Of a DNA stretch of 64,000 bases, positions 1-8,418 are shown one piece after another. The stretch is from Candidatus Multivoradales bacterium (GTDB taxonomy: Bacteria > Acidobacteriota > Thermoanaerobaculia > Multivoradales > Multivoraceae), in NCBI GenBank assembly GCA_965223325.1, contig CBDCWI010000002.1, positions 3,040,001-3,104,000 of the forward strand. Reading direction: 5' to 3'. Below the pieces are notes generated by a model. It saw only the letters and a program-made list of their open reading frames with translations. It was not told the DNA's origin and ran no database searches. Position numbers and translations under genes: made by a program. Positions within the stretch are counted from its first letter, which is position 1. Each line of letters opens with the position of its first letter.

Positions 1-1086
1 CAGGTTGGAAACGTTGGCGCAGGCAAGCAGCAGCAAGAGTCCTACTGCTCCGAGCAGCACCAGATTGGCGCGCTCGACCTGCGGACCGATCAACCACTCG
101 GAAAAGGGCACGACCAGCGCACTCCAACCGTCGTTCGAGTCCGGATACCGCTCACCCAGCGCCGTGGCAATCCCCTCGAGCTCGGCGTTGGCCTGCTCGA
201 GAGAAACGCCGGGGGCCAGACGAGCGATCGCCTCGATACGGTGGTCGGCGCGCACGTAGTCGGCGTCGGGTACGAAGGGAAACCAGATCTCTGGACTGCT
301 GAGAAACCGAAAGTCCTCGGGCAGAACACCGATCACAGTGAAGCGCTCGCCATCGAGATCGAGCGCCCGACCGACGATGCTCTGCTCGCCGCCGAAGCGC
401 CCGCGCCAGGCGGCATGGCTGAGAAGCACGACTCTTGGATTGCTGCCGGGTACCGCCTCCTCGTCACCGAAGGCTCGACCGAGAATCGGCTCGGTACCGA
501 GTACGTCGAAGAAGGAGTGGCTGACTGTCAGCCCACTGAGAAGCTCCGGGCCGGCTGCGGTGCGCAGCGAAGGCTGCGGGGGTGGAAAGGCGATCGCTGC
601 CATATCGACCAGGGACGTCGTGCGCTCGCGGAAATCGAGGAAGTTGGGGTCTGAAGTCGAAAACCGATCACCCTGCGGTGTCGTTTCCCAGAACCGCACG
701 AGTCGTTCGGCCTGGTCGAAAGGAAGTGGCCGGAGCAGAACGGCATGTACCAGGCTGAAGATCACCGCACACGCCCCGATGCCGGCCGCGAGACTCGTAA
801 CCGCCGTCACGGTGAACAGAGGAGAACGAGCCAGTGCCCGGCATGCCTCCCTGGTGTCGCGACGAAAGTCATCGAGCAGGCGGAATGGCCGCTCGTCGCG
901 GCATGCCTCCTTGGCCGCTTCGTAGCTGCCGAAGTTCAGCCGCGCCTCGCGCCGCGCCGCCCGCGGTGCCAGACCCTCTTCAACGAGCCTCTCGGTTTCC
1001 ATCTCGAGGTGAAACTGCAGCTCGTCGTCGAGCTCGACATTGCGGATCCAGTTGCGAATCACCGGAAGCTTGCGAAGCCTTAGCAT
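1..1086 (-). CDS. ADOP-family (acidobacterial duplicated orphan) ABC permease, runs off the left edge
   Basis: Manual translation from ATG 1086: MLRLRKLPVIRNWIRNVELDDELQFHLEMETERLVEEGLAPRAARREARLNFGSYEAAKEACRDER...AGIGACAVIFSLVHAVLLRPLPF, the typical ADOP N-terminus; directly downstream of PadR. Confidence 0.88.
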   Translation of the reverse strand, partial: MLRLRKLPVIRNWIRNVELDDELQFHLEMETERLVEEGLAPRAARREARLNFGSYEAAKEACRDERPFRLLDDFRRDTREACRALARSPLFTVTAVTSLAAGIGACAVIFSLVHAVLLRPLPFDQAERLVRFWETTPQGDRFSTSDPNFLDFRERTTSLVDMAAIAFPPPQPSLRTAAGPELLSGLTVSHSFFDVLGTEPILGRAFGDEEAVPGSNPRVVLLSHAAWRGRFGGEQSIVGRALDLDGERFTVIGVLPEDFRFLSSPEIWFPFVPDADYVRADHRIEAIARLAPGVSLEQANAELEGIATALGERYPDSNDGWSALVVPFSEWLIGPQVERANLVLLGAVGLLLLLACANVSNL

Positions 1087-1100
1087 GTTGGGCGATTACC

Positions 1101-1454
1101 TCAAGCGTGCTGGAGCACGCGATGGATGGCAGAGGACAGGCGCTCCCAGTTCTCGGTCTCACGTTTGAGCTCACGACGGCCAATTGCGGTCAGTCGATAG
1201 AACCTGGCCTTTCGGTTGTTCTGCGACAGGCCCCACGCGGAGCGGATCCAACCTCGCCGTTGCAGCCGGTGGAGTGACGGGTAGAGCGAGCCCTGGTTGA
1301 CCAGGATCTCGTCGCCCGAGACTTGCTGAATACGCTGCGAGATACCCCAGCCGTGCATCGGGCCAACAACCAGGGTGCGCAGGATGAGAAGGTCGAGCGT
1401 GCCCTGCAAGATGTCGGGCCGCGATTCTCTGGTCTTCTTCGCAGGTCGGGACAA
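1101..1454 (-). CDS. PadR-family transcriptional regulator (acidobacterial type)
   Basis: LQGTLDLLILRTL...MHGWGI...GSLYPSLHRL...WGLSQNNRKARFYRLT; AGGAG before the TTG start. Confidence 0.93.
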   Translation of the reverse strand: MSRPAKKTRESRPDILQGTLDLLILRTLVVGPMHGWGISQRIQQVSGDEILVNQGSLYPSLHRLQRRGWIRSAWGLSQNNRKARFYRLTAIGRRELKRETENWERLSSAIHRVLQHA

Positions 1455-1460
1455 AGACTT

Positions 1461-1516
1461 CTCCTGTAGATCATCTACAAGAAGGATACTCGGTTCTCTT
1501 GTAGAACGTCAAGGGG
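1461..1516 (-). promoter_or_regulatory. PadR promoter with putative autoregulatory operators
   Basis: Minus strand TTGACG-18 nt-TATCCT; inverted repeat TGTAGA-TCA-TCTACA at 1465-1479 and a second degenerate box CTTGTAGAACGTCAAGG over the -35. Confidence 0.65.
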
Positions 1517-1602
1517 AAGGAGCGGTTCGCTGCAGGTTTCGTGTCCACCACCGGCGCGGCAGCGGAGCAAGCGGCATCGAGAGGCGCGACGCGAGCGGCC
1601 TG

Positions 1603-2886
1603 TCAGGTCTGCGCGTTGGCCAGGTCTTCTCTCAAGTGCCGTGTTGAATAGAAGTAGTGCACGGAACACCAGACGTTGACCAGAATGACCGCCACCAGCG
1701 CGTAGCGAAGGCCGAGTGCCGGGTCGCCAAGCCTCTTGCCGAGGAGGTCGGAGAGCCAACCGGTAAGGAACGGCCCGAGGCCGAGGCCGATGAAGTTGAG
1801 GATCAGAAAAAGGATGCTCGAGGCAACCGCTCGCATCCGCGCCGAGACCATGGCATGGGTCATGGCGAGCATCGGGCCGAGATACATGAGACCGAGGCCG
1901 GTCGAGATCGTCGAAACTGCAATGGCTGGCCGCGGCCAGGGCGAAAGGTAGACGAACAGCGCGATGGGTATGGAAATCACGATCGCGCCGGCCGGTAGCC
2001 ACACGTACCAGCGCATGTCGCGACGGCCGAGGCGATCGGCGAAGTAACCGCCAAAGAAGGTACCCAGACCACCACCAATGGCGGCTGCCGGGGCCAACCA
2101 ATTGGCGACTTCACCTGACCCCATGCCGTGGAAGCGAATGAAATAGGACGCAGCGAACTGGGAGACGCCATAACCCACGAAGGCATGCAGACCGGCCGCG
2201 ATGGCCATATGCCGGAACGAGCGGCGCGACCACAAAAAGCGCACGACGGTCATGATCGGGGGCGCGTCCGCCACCTCGATGGCTTGTTCAGACAGACCTC
2301 GCGGGGGTTCGCGGATGAGAGCGCGAACCACCAGGGCAAATGCCACTCCCGGGATTCCCAGGGTAAAGAAGGCAACTCGCCAGCCGAGGAACTCGTTGAT
2401 CCAGCCGCCGGCAAGAAAGCCAACGAACACCCCAAAGGGTATGCCGAGGTTGTAGATCGAGAGAGCGGTGGCTCGTTCGCCAGGCGCGAAGAGGTCAGAG
2501 ATCAACGAATGCGACGGTGGGCTGCAGCCGGCCTCGCCGACGCCGACGCCGATGCGGGCGAGCAGGAGCTGCCAGTACACCTGGGCCAGGCCACACACTG
2601 CGGTCATCAAGCTCCAGACCGCGAGAGAGACCGAAATGATCGTCACCCGGTTCCCGCGGTCCGCCATGCGCGCTATTGGCACGCCCACCGTGACGTAGAA
2701 GACCGCGAACGCGAAACCCGAAAGCAGGCCGAGTTGCGCATCGGATAGGTGGAGGTCGACCTTGATCGCCTCTTGCAAAATGACGAGGATCTGGCGATCG
2801 AGGAAGTTGAAGACGTAGACGCCGGTTAGCAACGCCAGGGTTCGATTACGTCTCAGTAACGCTAGCTCCGCATCGGCATCTGCCAA
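1603..2886 (-). CDS. MFS transporter (spinster-like)
   Basis: NFLDRQIL, motif A (ARMADRGNR), GVGEAGCSPPSHSLISD; about 12 hydrophobic segments. Confidence 0.92.
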   Translation of the reverse strand: MADADAELALLRRNRTLALLTGVYVFNFLDRQILVILQEAIKVDLHLSDAQLGLLSGFAFAVFYVTVGVPIARMADRGNRVTIISVSLAVWSLMTAVCGLAQVYWQLLLARIGVGVGEAGCSPPSHSLISDLFAPGERATALSIYNLGIPFGVFVGFLAGGWINEFLGWRVAFFTLGIPGVAFALVVRALIREPPRGLSEQAIEVADAPPIMTVVRFLWSRRSFRHMAIAAGLHAFVGYGVSQFAASYFIRFHGMGSGEVANWLAPAAAIGGGLGTFFGGYFADRLGRRDMRWYVWLPAGAIVISIPIALFVYLSPWPRPAIAVSTISTGLGLMYLGPMLAMTHAMVSARMRAVASSILFLILNFIGLGLGPFLTGWLSDLLGKRLGDPALGLRYALVAVILVNVWCSVHYFYSTRHLREDLANAQT

Positions 2887-3002
2887 TGGAACCCCCCCTC
2901 ATCAACGACTCGCTGGCTGGGATCAAGGTACCACGGCAAGAGAGGAGCCCATCCCGGTGCGCACTACACTGGAGCAACCGCGTCATGACAGGAGGTCCGG
3001 TG

Positions 3003-4094
3003 ATGTTCCGAATCGTTTCTCTGCTCTGTGTTCTCAGTCTCTCCCTGGTCGCTGGCCAGAGCTTTGCTGCTGGCCCGGGCCAAACGCCCGCGGAGAATCG
3101 GCCCGACTTCTCCGGCACTTACAACGCAGCCACCCTGACTCCCCTCGAACGACCGCCGGCGCTCGGTGAGCGCGCGTATTTGACGCCGGAGGAGGCTCGC
3201 GAGCTCGCCCTCGAGGAAGCGCGCATCCAGGTCCTCGCCGAGAGCCAGTCGAGCGCCGACCGCGAAGCGCCACCGGAGGGAGGCGCCAAGGTGGTCGGGC
3301 TCGAGCACACCGAGACCGGCGGCAACGAGTTCGGCGCCGGAAACGTGGGTGCCTACAACATGTTCTGGATGGATCGTGGAACCGACGCATTCACCATCGA
3401 CGGCAAAGTCCCGACTTCGATCCTGATCGAGCCCAAGAACGGCCGCCTTCCCCCGATGACTCCCGATGCGGCAGAGGAACTGATGGTCCAGCTCGAGAGC
3501 CTCCTACGCCCCAACGACGGCACCGCCTGGTGGGTCCACGAGGACCGCCCCGGCCCCTACGATGGGCCGGAGTCGCTACCGCTACGCGAACGTTGCCTGC
3601 TCGGCTTTACCGGTGTCGCCCCGACCCTTCCAGGTCTCTACAACAACATGAAACGCATCGTGCAGACCGAAACCCACGTCGTCATTCTTCTCGAGATGGT
3701 CCACGACGCACGCGTCGTGCGCATGAACTCGAAACACCCCGGGCCCGAGTCACGCTACTGGCTTGGCGACTCGATTGGCTGGTGGGATAACGACACGCTG
3801 GTCGTCGACACCACGAACTTCCGGCCCCAACCCGGCATGCGCGGCGGCGGCTCGGTGAACAAGCACGTCGTCGAACGCTTCACCATGCAACCCAACGGCG
3901 ACGTGATCTACCGCTTTACCGTCGAGGATGAGACGGTCTGGACACAGCCCTGGACGGGTGAGTACCTGTGGCGGGCCTCCGATGATCGGGTGTATGAGTA
4001 TGCCTGCCACGAGGGTAACTACGCGATGACCAACGTTCTGCGCGGCGCGCGCCTACTCGAGCAGGAAGAGCTCGCGAAATCGGGCTCCGACTGA
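3003..4094 (+). CDS. Secreted conserved hypothetical protein (YEYACHEGNY type)
   Basis: GGAGG before ATG 3003, signal peptide MFRIVSLLCVLSLSLVAGQSFA; motifs PDFSGTY, ERCL, GDSIGWWDNDTLVVDTTNF, YEYACHEGNY. Confidence 0.8.
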   Translation: MFRIVSLLCVLSLSLVAGQSFAAGPGQTPAENRPDFSGTYNAATLTPLERPPALGERAYLTPEEARELALEEARIQVLAESQSSADREAPPEGGAKVVGLEHTETGGNEFGAGNVGAYNMFWMDRGTDAFTIDGKVPTSILIEPKNGRLPPMTPDAAEELMVQLESLLRPNDGTAWWVHEDRPGPYDGPESLPLRERCLLGFTGVAPTLPGLYNNMKRIVQTETHVVILLEMVHDARVVRMNSKHPGPESRYWLGDSIGWWDNDTLVVDTTNFRPQPGMRGGGSVNKHVVERFTMQPNGDVIYRFTVEDETVWTQPWTGEYLWRASDDRVYEYACHEGNYAMTNVLRGARLLEQEELAKSGSD

Positions 4095-4102
4095 GGCTTA
4101 GG

Positions 4103-4789
4103 ATGAGGAAGCTACCGGAAGCCACCATTGTCTTCGATCTCGAGGGTCAGCCCGGAGCTCTGGAGGCCGTTTTCGAGCCGGCCGCTGGACCAACTGCAGC
4201 TGGCAAAGCGCCACCCGGAGTGGCCATCGTTCTACACCCTCACCCGCTCTACGGTGGCGACATGCACAACGCGGTCGTGCAAGCGGTTTCGCATCACTGG
4301 AGGGAGCGGGGCATCGGCACCTTGCGCTTCAACTTTCGCGGTACCGGCAGGAGCGCCGGCACTCACGACCAGGGTCGTGGCGAGATTGACGACCTCGACG
4401 CTGCGATTCGCTGGGTCTCTCCATCTGGCTCCGATACCGCTCTTTGGCTGGCCGGCTACTCGTTCGGCGCCGCGGTGCTGATGAAGTGGCTGACGAGAAA
4501 CGCCAGAGAGACGGGGGCCAACAGGCCGGAAGCAGCCCTCCTGCTCGCGCCCCCGATCGAGCACTACGACTTCACCGGTCTTGCGGCCAACAACGTTCCC
4601 CTGGCACTCGTCTGCGCCACTGCCGACGGCCTCACGCCCAGGGCAGTGTTGGAGGAGAAGGCACTTGGCTGGGGAGGATCGCCCAAAACGTTCTGGATCG
4701 AAGGAGCCGGCCACGATCTTGCCGCTGGCACCGCCACCTTCAACCACACCGTAACGCGAGCACTGCGAGCGCTCGCTGGCGAACCCTAG
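4103..4789 (+). CDS. Alpha/beta hydrolase
   Basis: LHPHPLYGGDMHN, LRFNFRGTGRSAG, GYSFG nucleophile elbow, GAGH. Confidence 0.88.
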   Translation: MRKLPEATIVFDLEGQPGALEAVFEPAAGPTAAGKAPPGVAIVLHPHPLYGGDMHNAVVQAVSHHWRERGIGTLRFNFRGTGRSAGTHDQGRGEIDDLDAAIRWVSPSGSDTALWLAGYSFGAAVLMKWLTRNARETGANRPEAALLLAPPIEHYDFTGLAANNVPLALVCATADGLTPRAVLEEKALGWGGSPKTFWIEGAGHDLAAGTATFNHTVTRALRALAGEP

Positions 4790-5262
4790 AGCTCGTACGA
4801 AAGCTCGTAGCTGTGGCCGCCCCCGCCCTGGGTGATCGCCATCGACCCACGAATCGTCGCCAGGTCACCGGTACCGGAACCCTCGAGAATGACGACCTCG
4901 AGGGACTGGGTCTCCTTGTCCATGAAACCGCTATGGACCAGGGTGAAGCCACCGCTCTTGCCGTCGAGCGACCCTTCGAACTCTTCGATGGCATGGTAAA
5001 CAGCGGCACCACCTTCGGTGCGCTTGCTGATCATCTGGCCGGTTCCCGAACCGACGAGACCACCGCTGTAGGTCTTGGCGATCAACATGCGACCGGCTGG
5101 ATAGTCGGCGTCTTCCTGGGGCTTCAGACTGACTTCGAAGGTACCGGTGGTCGACATCGCTGGTTTCTCCTCGGCAGCTCCATCCGCTGCTGGCAATCCC
5201 GAGGCTATGAGCAGGAGACCGACAACCTGAAGTCGTCGCAGCTCTGTTCCTGAAAGATTCAT
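4786..5262 (-). CDS. DUF3224-family protein, possible signal peptide
   Basis: GTFEVSL...KTYSGGLVGSG...EEFEGSLDGKSGGFTLVH...GSGTGDLATIRGSM...HSYELSY. Confidence 0.8.
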   Translation of the reverse strand: MNLSGTELRRLQVVGLLLIASGLPAADGAAEEKPAMSTTGTFEVSLKPQEDADYPAGRMLIAKTYSGGLVGSGTGQMISKRTEGGAAVYHAIEEFEGSLDGKSGGFTLVHSGFMDKETQSLEVVILEGSGTGDLATIRGSMAITQGGGGHSYELSYEL

Positions 5263-5276
5263 TGCTTGGCCCCTCC

Positions 5277-5915
5277 TCAGGAGGCCGAACCGGTGGCGAT
5301 CCCCAGTCGTTGCCGCAACTCGTCTTCTGCTTTGCCCGCCGAGGCTGGCTTGGCCTCGAAGGGTTCGAAACAACGACGGCACCTGGCCTCGTACGATTCA
5401 ACGTCACCCACTTGAAGCTGGTCGTCCCCGCCGGCGATTCGCTGGCTGTAGTGCGCCGGTGAACCGCAGCGCACGCAGATGGCGTGCATCTTGTCGACAT
5501 ACTCGGCAACCGAGAGCAAACCCGGAAGCGGGCCGAAGGGGCGCCGCAGGTAGTCCTGGTCGAGACCAGCCACCAGCACTCGCACGCCGAGGTCGGCGAG
5601 CTCCTGACAGAGGTCGATGAGGCCCTCGTCGAAGAACTGCGCCTCGTCGATTCCAACTACCGACACGCCGAGCTCGAGGCGCGTGCGCAGCTCGGCGGTC
5701 GAGGCGACGGTGATCGCTGAGATATCGCGTTTGTCACGCGTGACGATGCGTTCGGTACCGGCGCGGGTATCGCGGGCGGGCTGGAAGACCTGGACACGCT
5801 GGCGGGCGATGATGGCGCGCCGCAGACGGCGCACGAGTTCCTCGCTCTTGCCAGAGAACATCCCTCCAGTGATCACCTCGATCCGTCCACCGCTCATGTC
5901 TGTCACGCGCTCCAT
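5277..5915 (-). CDS. tdk: Thymidine kinase
   Basis: GGMFSGKSEEL P-loop, GIDEAQFF, AGLDQDY, Zn motifs CVRCG and YEARCRRC; GGAGG before ATG 5915. Confidence 0.95.
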   Translation of the reverse strand: MERVTDMSGGRIEVITGGMFSGKSEELVRRLRRAIIARQRVQVFQPARDTRAGTERIVTRDKRDISAITVASTAELRTRLELGVSVVGIDEAQFFDEGLIDLCQELADLGVRVLVAGLDQDYLRRPFGPLPGLLSVAEYVDKMHAICVRCGSPAHYSQRIAGGDDQLQVGDVESYEARCRRCFEPFEAKPASAGKAEDELRQRLGIATGSAS

Positions 5916-6057
5916 TTCGTCCTCCCTATGAGGGGCTTTCTGCCGCGCCGAGAAGGCGCCGGCGGAGCCGCATGATATCGCTCCTAACGCCCGCAGGATA
6001 TGAGGTTTCGGCGCCTTCGCCGGCCTCCGGTGGAACTCGCGCACGACGGCACCGTTC

Positions 6058-6086
6058 TTGACGGATGATGGTCTCATGCGTACATT
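6058..6086 (+). promoter_or_regulatory. Sigma70-type promoter of the iscA-like gene
   Basis: TTGACG (6058-6063)-17 nt-TACATT (6081-6086). Confidence 0.65.
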
Positions 6087-6173
6087 GGATGGTGCCCTGG
6101 CAACCACTCCCGGGAATGCCAGGCCGGCCAGAGCACGTTGTGGTGCAGGCACGAACCGCGAGACTCCGTACCC

Positions 6174-6539
6174 ATGAGCCAAACCGACACCCTGATCCTC
6201 GAGCGCCCCGAGACCATTGCGTTGACCCCGAAGGCAATCCGCATGGTCAAGCTCACGCGCGAGGAAGAACAGATCGACTCGAGCTACGGGCTCCGGGTCG
6301 GCGTGCGGGGCGGCGGCTGCAGCGGCTTCGAGTACGCCCTCGACTTCGACAACGAGGCGCGCGAGAACGACGAGGTCATCGAGTACGACGACCTCAAGAT
6401 CTTCATCGACCCGATCAGCCTGCGCTACCTCGCCGGCACGGTGATCGACTACGAGCTGGGCATGGCCGGCACGGGGTTCAAGTTCAACAATCCCGCCGCC
6501 ACCGGAACCTGCGGGTGCGGTTCTTCGTTCGCAGTCTGA
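6174..6539 (+). CDS. iscA: Iron-sulfur cluster assembly accessory protein (IscA/HesB/ErpA family)
   Basis: LRVGVRGGGCSGFEY and C-terminal NPAATGTCGCGSSF. Confidence 0.93.
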   Translation: MSQTDTLILERPETIALTPKAIRMVKLTREEEQIDSSYGLRVGVRGGGCSGFEYALDFDNEARENDEVIEYDDLKIFIDPISLRYLAGTVIDYELGMAGTGFKFNNPAATGTCGCGSSFAV

Positions 6540-6955
6540 GCCTCGCCGCTCTGGTCTTGGTAACGACCGCGACTGGCGCACTCGAAGCGCAGGCTACCCA
6601 TAGCTCTGAGACCGCATCGTCTCGTCGCGCTTCGTCGCGCACCCTACCGGCACCGTACACACGCGGCTTCTGCATTCAGGGTTGGTGCCGCGACACGAGC
6701 TGTGGTCTCGAAGAACGCGGCGGTCCGTTGACGTGCCGGCAGACGATCAAGATCGGCGAGAAACAGAAACGCTGCGTCGTCTGTGTCGGCGAAGAACCGT
6801 GCAGTGAATACGACATCGAGTTCACCAAAGACGGCAAGCGCCGGCTGGTGAACATACGCGATCACGAGACGCCGAGGAAATGCGCGCGTGCTTGTCGACG
6901 GTTTCTGCGTGAGAACCCGCAACTACGACCAGGCCGGGACTACGAGCGACGCTGA
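6515..6955 (+). CDS. Small secreted Cys-rich hypothetical protein
   Basis: GTG 6515 gives a signal-peptide-like VRFFVRSLSLAALVLVTTATGALEA, then 9 Cys; overlaps the iscA 3' end by 25 nt; start uncertain. Confidence 0.55.
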   Translation: MRFFVRSLSLAALVLVTTATGALEAQATHSSETASSRRASSRTLPAPYTRGFCIQGWCRDTSCGLEERGGPLTCRQTIKIGEKQKRCVVCVGEEPCSEYDIEFTKDGKRRLVNIRDHETPRKCARACRRFLRENPQLRPGRDYERR

Positions 6956-6981
6956 GCCACTCTCTGTCTCTCCAGTGAACC

Positions 6982-7407
6982 TCAGGCGATAGGGTTTTCC
7001 CAAGTGAGCTCAGTGAACCTGGCGAAGTCTGTGTCAGCAGAGTAGACCGTGAGGCCGTGCTGGACTGCCAATGCCGCGAGTTGCGCATCCGTGATGAGGT
7101 TTGCTCGCAGATCGTAGCGGCGAATCAGACCGCCCAGAACCGTCGCATGATGCGCCGTTGGACCTGGAGCCCAGGTCAGGTCACATTCCAACCAATCCTC
7201 GACGAACCGCCAAGCCTCCGCCGGAGCCAGTGGATTGGCCGATGCGCGGGGGTTCGTTGTGATGCGGACAAAGGCGGCCAGGCTGAGCCACGGCAATCCA
7301 ACGCGCCGCTCCCCATTCATGCATTCCGAGAGCCAATCGAATGCTCGTGGATGATGAGGAGAGCCTTCGTCAACCGCGTAGATCAGTAGGTTGGCATCGA
7401 TCAGCAT
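6982..7407 (-). CDS. vapC: VapC PIN-domain toxin
   Basis: MLIDANLLIYA, FVRITTNPR, ITDAQLAALA, SADTDFARF. Confidence 0.93.
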   Translation of the reverse strand: MLIDANLLIYAVDEGSPHHPRAFDWLSECMNGERRVGLPWLSLAAFVRITTNPRASANPLAPAEAWRFVEDWLECDLTWAPGPTAHHATVLGGLIRRYDLRANLITDAQLAALAVQHGLTVYSADTDFARFTELTWENPIA

Positions 7408-7637
7408 CAGCGAGCTTCGGAACCCTCGAGAAGCTCCAGGGCCTCGGCGACGTTCGCGACGTCAACTCGCACGCCCAGACCCGCCGTTCGCTGAACGAAG
7501 CGCCGTCGCCGCGGCGGCTGACTCAGACTCCGGCGGATCAGATGGTTGATGGTCTCGCTCAGGCCAGCTCCATTCTTACTGCGAAACTCCTCAACCGCGG
7601 CGGCGACATCGTCCTCGAGGTTTATCGTCGTGCGCAT
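7407..7637 (-). CDS. vapB: VapB antitoxin (ribbon-helix-helix)
   Basis: MRTTINLEDDVAAAVE...LSETINHLIRRSL...DVANVAEALELLEG; TGATG overlap with vapC. Confidence 0.88.
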   Translation of the reverse strand: MRTTINLEDDVAAAVEEFRSKNGAGLSETINHLIRRSLSQPPRRRRFVQRTAGLGVRVDVANVAEALELLEGSEAR

Positions 7638-7643
7638 TTCAAG

Positions 7644-7683
7644 AGTATAGCATCGAGATGCCTGCATTGAAGCATCATGATGC
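7644..7683 (-). promoter_or_regulatory. vapBC promoter and operator palindromes
   Basis: TATACT (7644-7649) 6 nt before the ATG; palindromes GCATCGAGATGC (7650-7661) and GCATCATGATGC (7672-7683). Confidence 0.7.
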
Positions 7684-7692
7684 GGAGCGCGA

Positions 7693-8289
7693 TCAGGGCG
7701 TCGTTTGAGACCAGCGCTGGGTACCGTTGGATTCGAAACCGTCGACGAAGATCGCGAGCGTGCCAACGGTGAAGTTCTGGGCGGTGGTGATGAACTTCTC
7801 GGCGTCGGGGGTTCCCACCCGCAGCCTGATGGTGCCCCCGGGGGTGTTGTTCTCGTTCTCGAGGATCCAGTCGGGAGTGATCGGTGAGCAGGCCTCACCG
7901 GAGCAAAAGCGCACGACTCCGCCAATGGGGTCGTTGGTGAAGCGAAAAAAGATCGTGTTGCTGGTGGCCTCGAGGAACTGAGTCGCGAGGTTTTCCGACT
8001 CGTAGACCGAGTTGTCGCCACTCAGCGGACCAGTCAGGGTGACCTCGCTGTCAGGGTCGGGGTTGTAGTTCGTCAGCGTGAGCGCCCAGTCGACAACGGC
8101 GCCGGAATCCGTTTCGAGCTCACCGAGGGTGCCATCGGTCTCGATAAAGCCATGGACCAGGCCTCCGCCTTCGATGTCGACGTTGACCGCAAAAACCTCG
8201 GCGCCCGCCCCTGGCGCACCGAGAAGCAGCACGAGGGCTGCAAGTGCAAGGGCGAAAGCGATGGGATGAGATGGACGAAGAGACGACAT
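7693..8289 (-). CDS. Secreted protein with C-terminal IFVDGFES motif
   Basis: Signal peptide MSSLRPSHPIAFALALAALVLLLGAPGAGA; ends IFVDGFESNGTQRWSQTTP; AAGGAG RBS. Confidence 0.75.
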   Translation of the reverse strand: MSSLRPSHPIAFALALAALVLLLGAPGAGAEVFAVNVDIEGGGLVHGFIETDGTLGELETDSGAVVDWALTLTNYNPDPDSEVTLTGPLSGDNSVYESENLATQFLEATSNTIFFRFTNDPIGGVVRFCSGEACSPITPDWILENENNTPGGTIRLRVGTPDAEKFITTAQNFTVGTLAIFVDGFESNGTQRWSQTTP

Positions 8290-8382
8290 CTTGTTTCTCC
8301 TTGGAAGCTTCAGTAAAAGGCATGCAACCTGGCAATTGAACGCTATCGGGCGCGCCACCCTCCGGCAACCCCCGAGCCCCAG

Positions 8383-8418
8383 CGCGACATGTCCTCGAGA
8401 CGCGACATGTCCTGGAGA
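8383..8418. repeat. 18-bp tandem duplication containing the palindrome GACATGTC
   Basis: CGCGACATGTCCTCGAGA followed by CGCGACATGTCCTGGAGA. Confidence 0.8.

Noticed and set aside
2886-3002. ORF-track start at 2886 for the secreted protein
   Set aside because: Collides with the divergent MFS start; GGAGG and the signal peptide support 3003
5916-6581. Long N-terminal extension of the tdk ORF
   Set aside because: Antisense to iscA; the RBS supports ATG 5915
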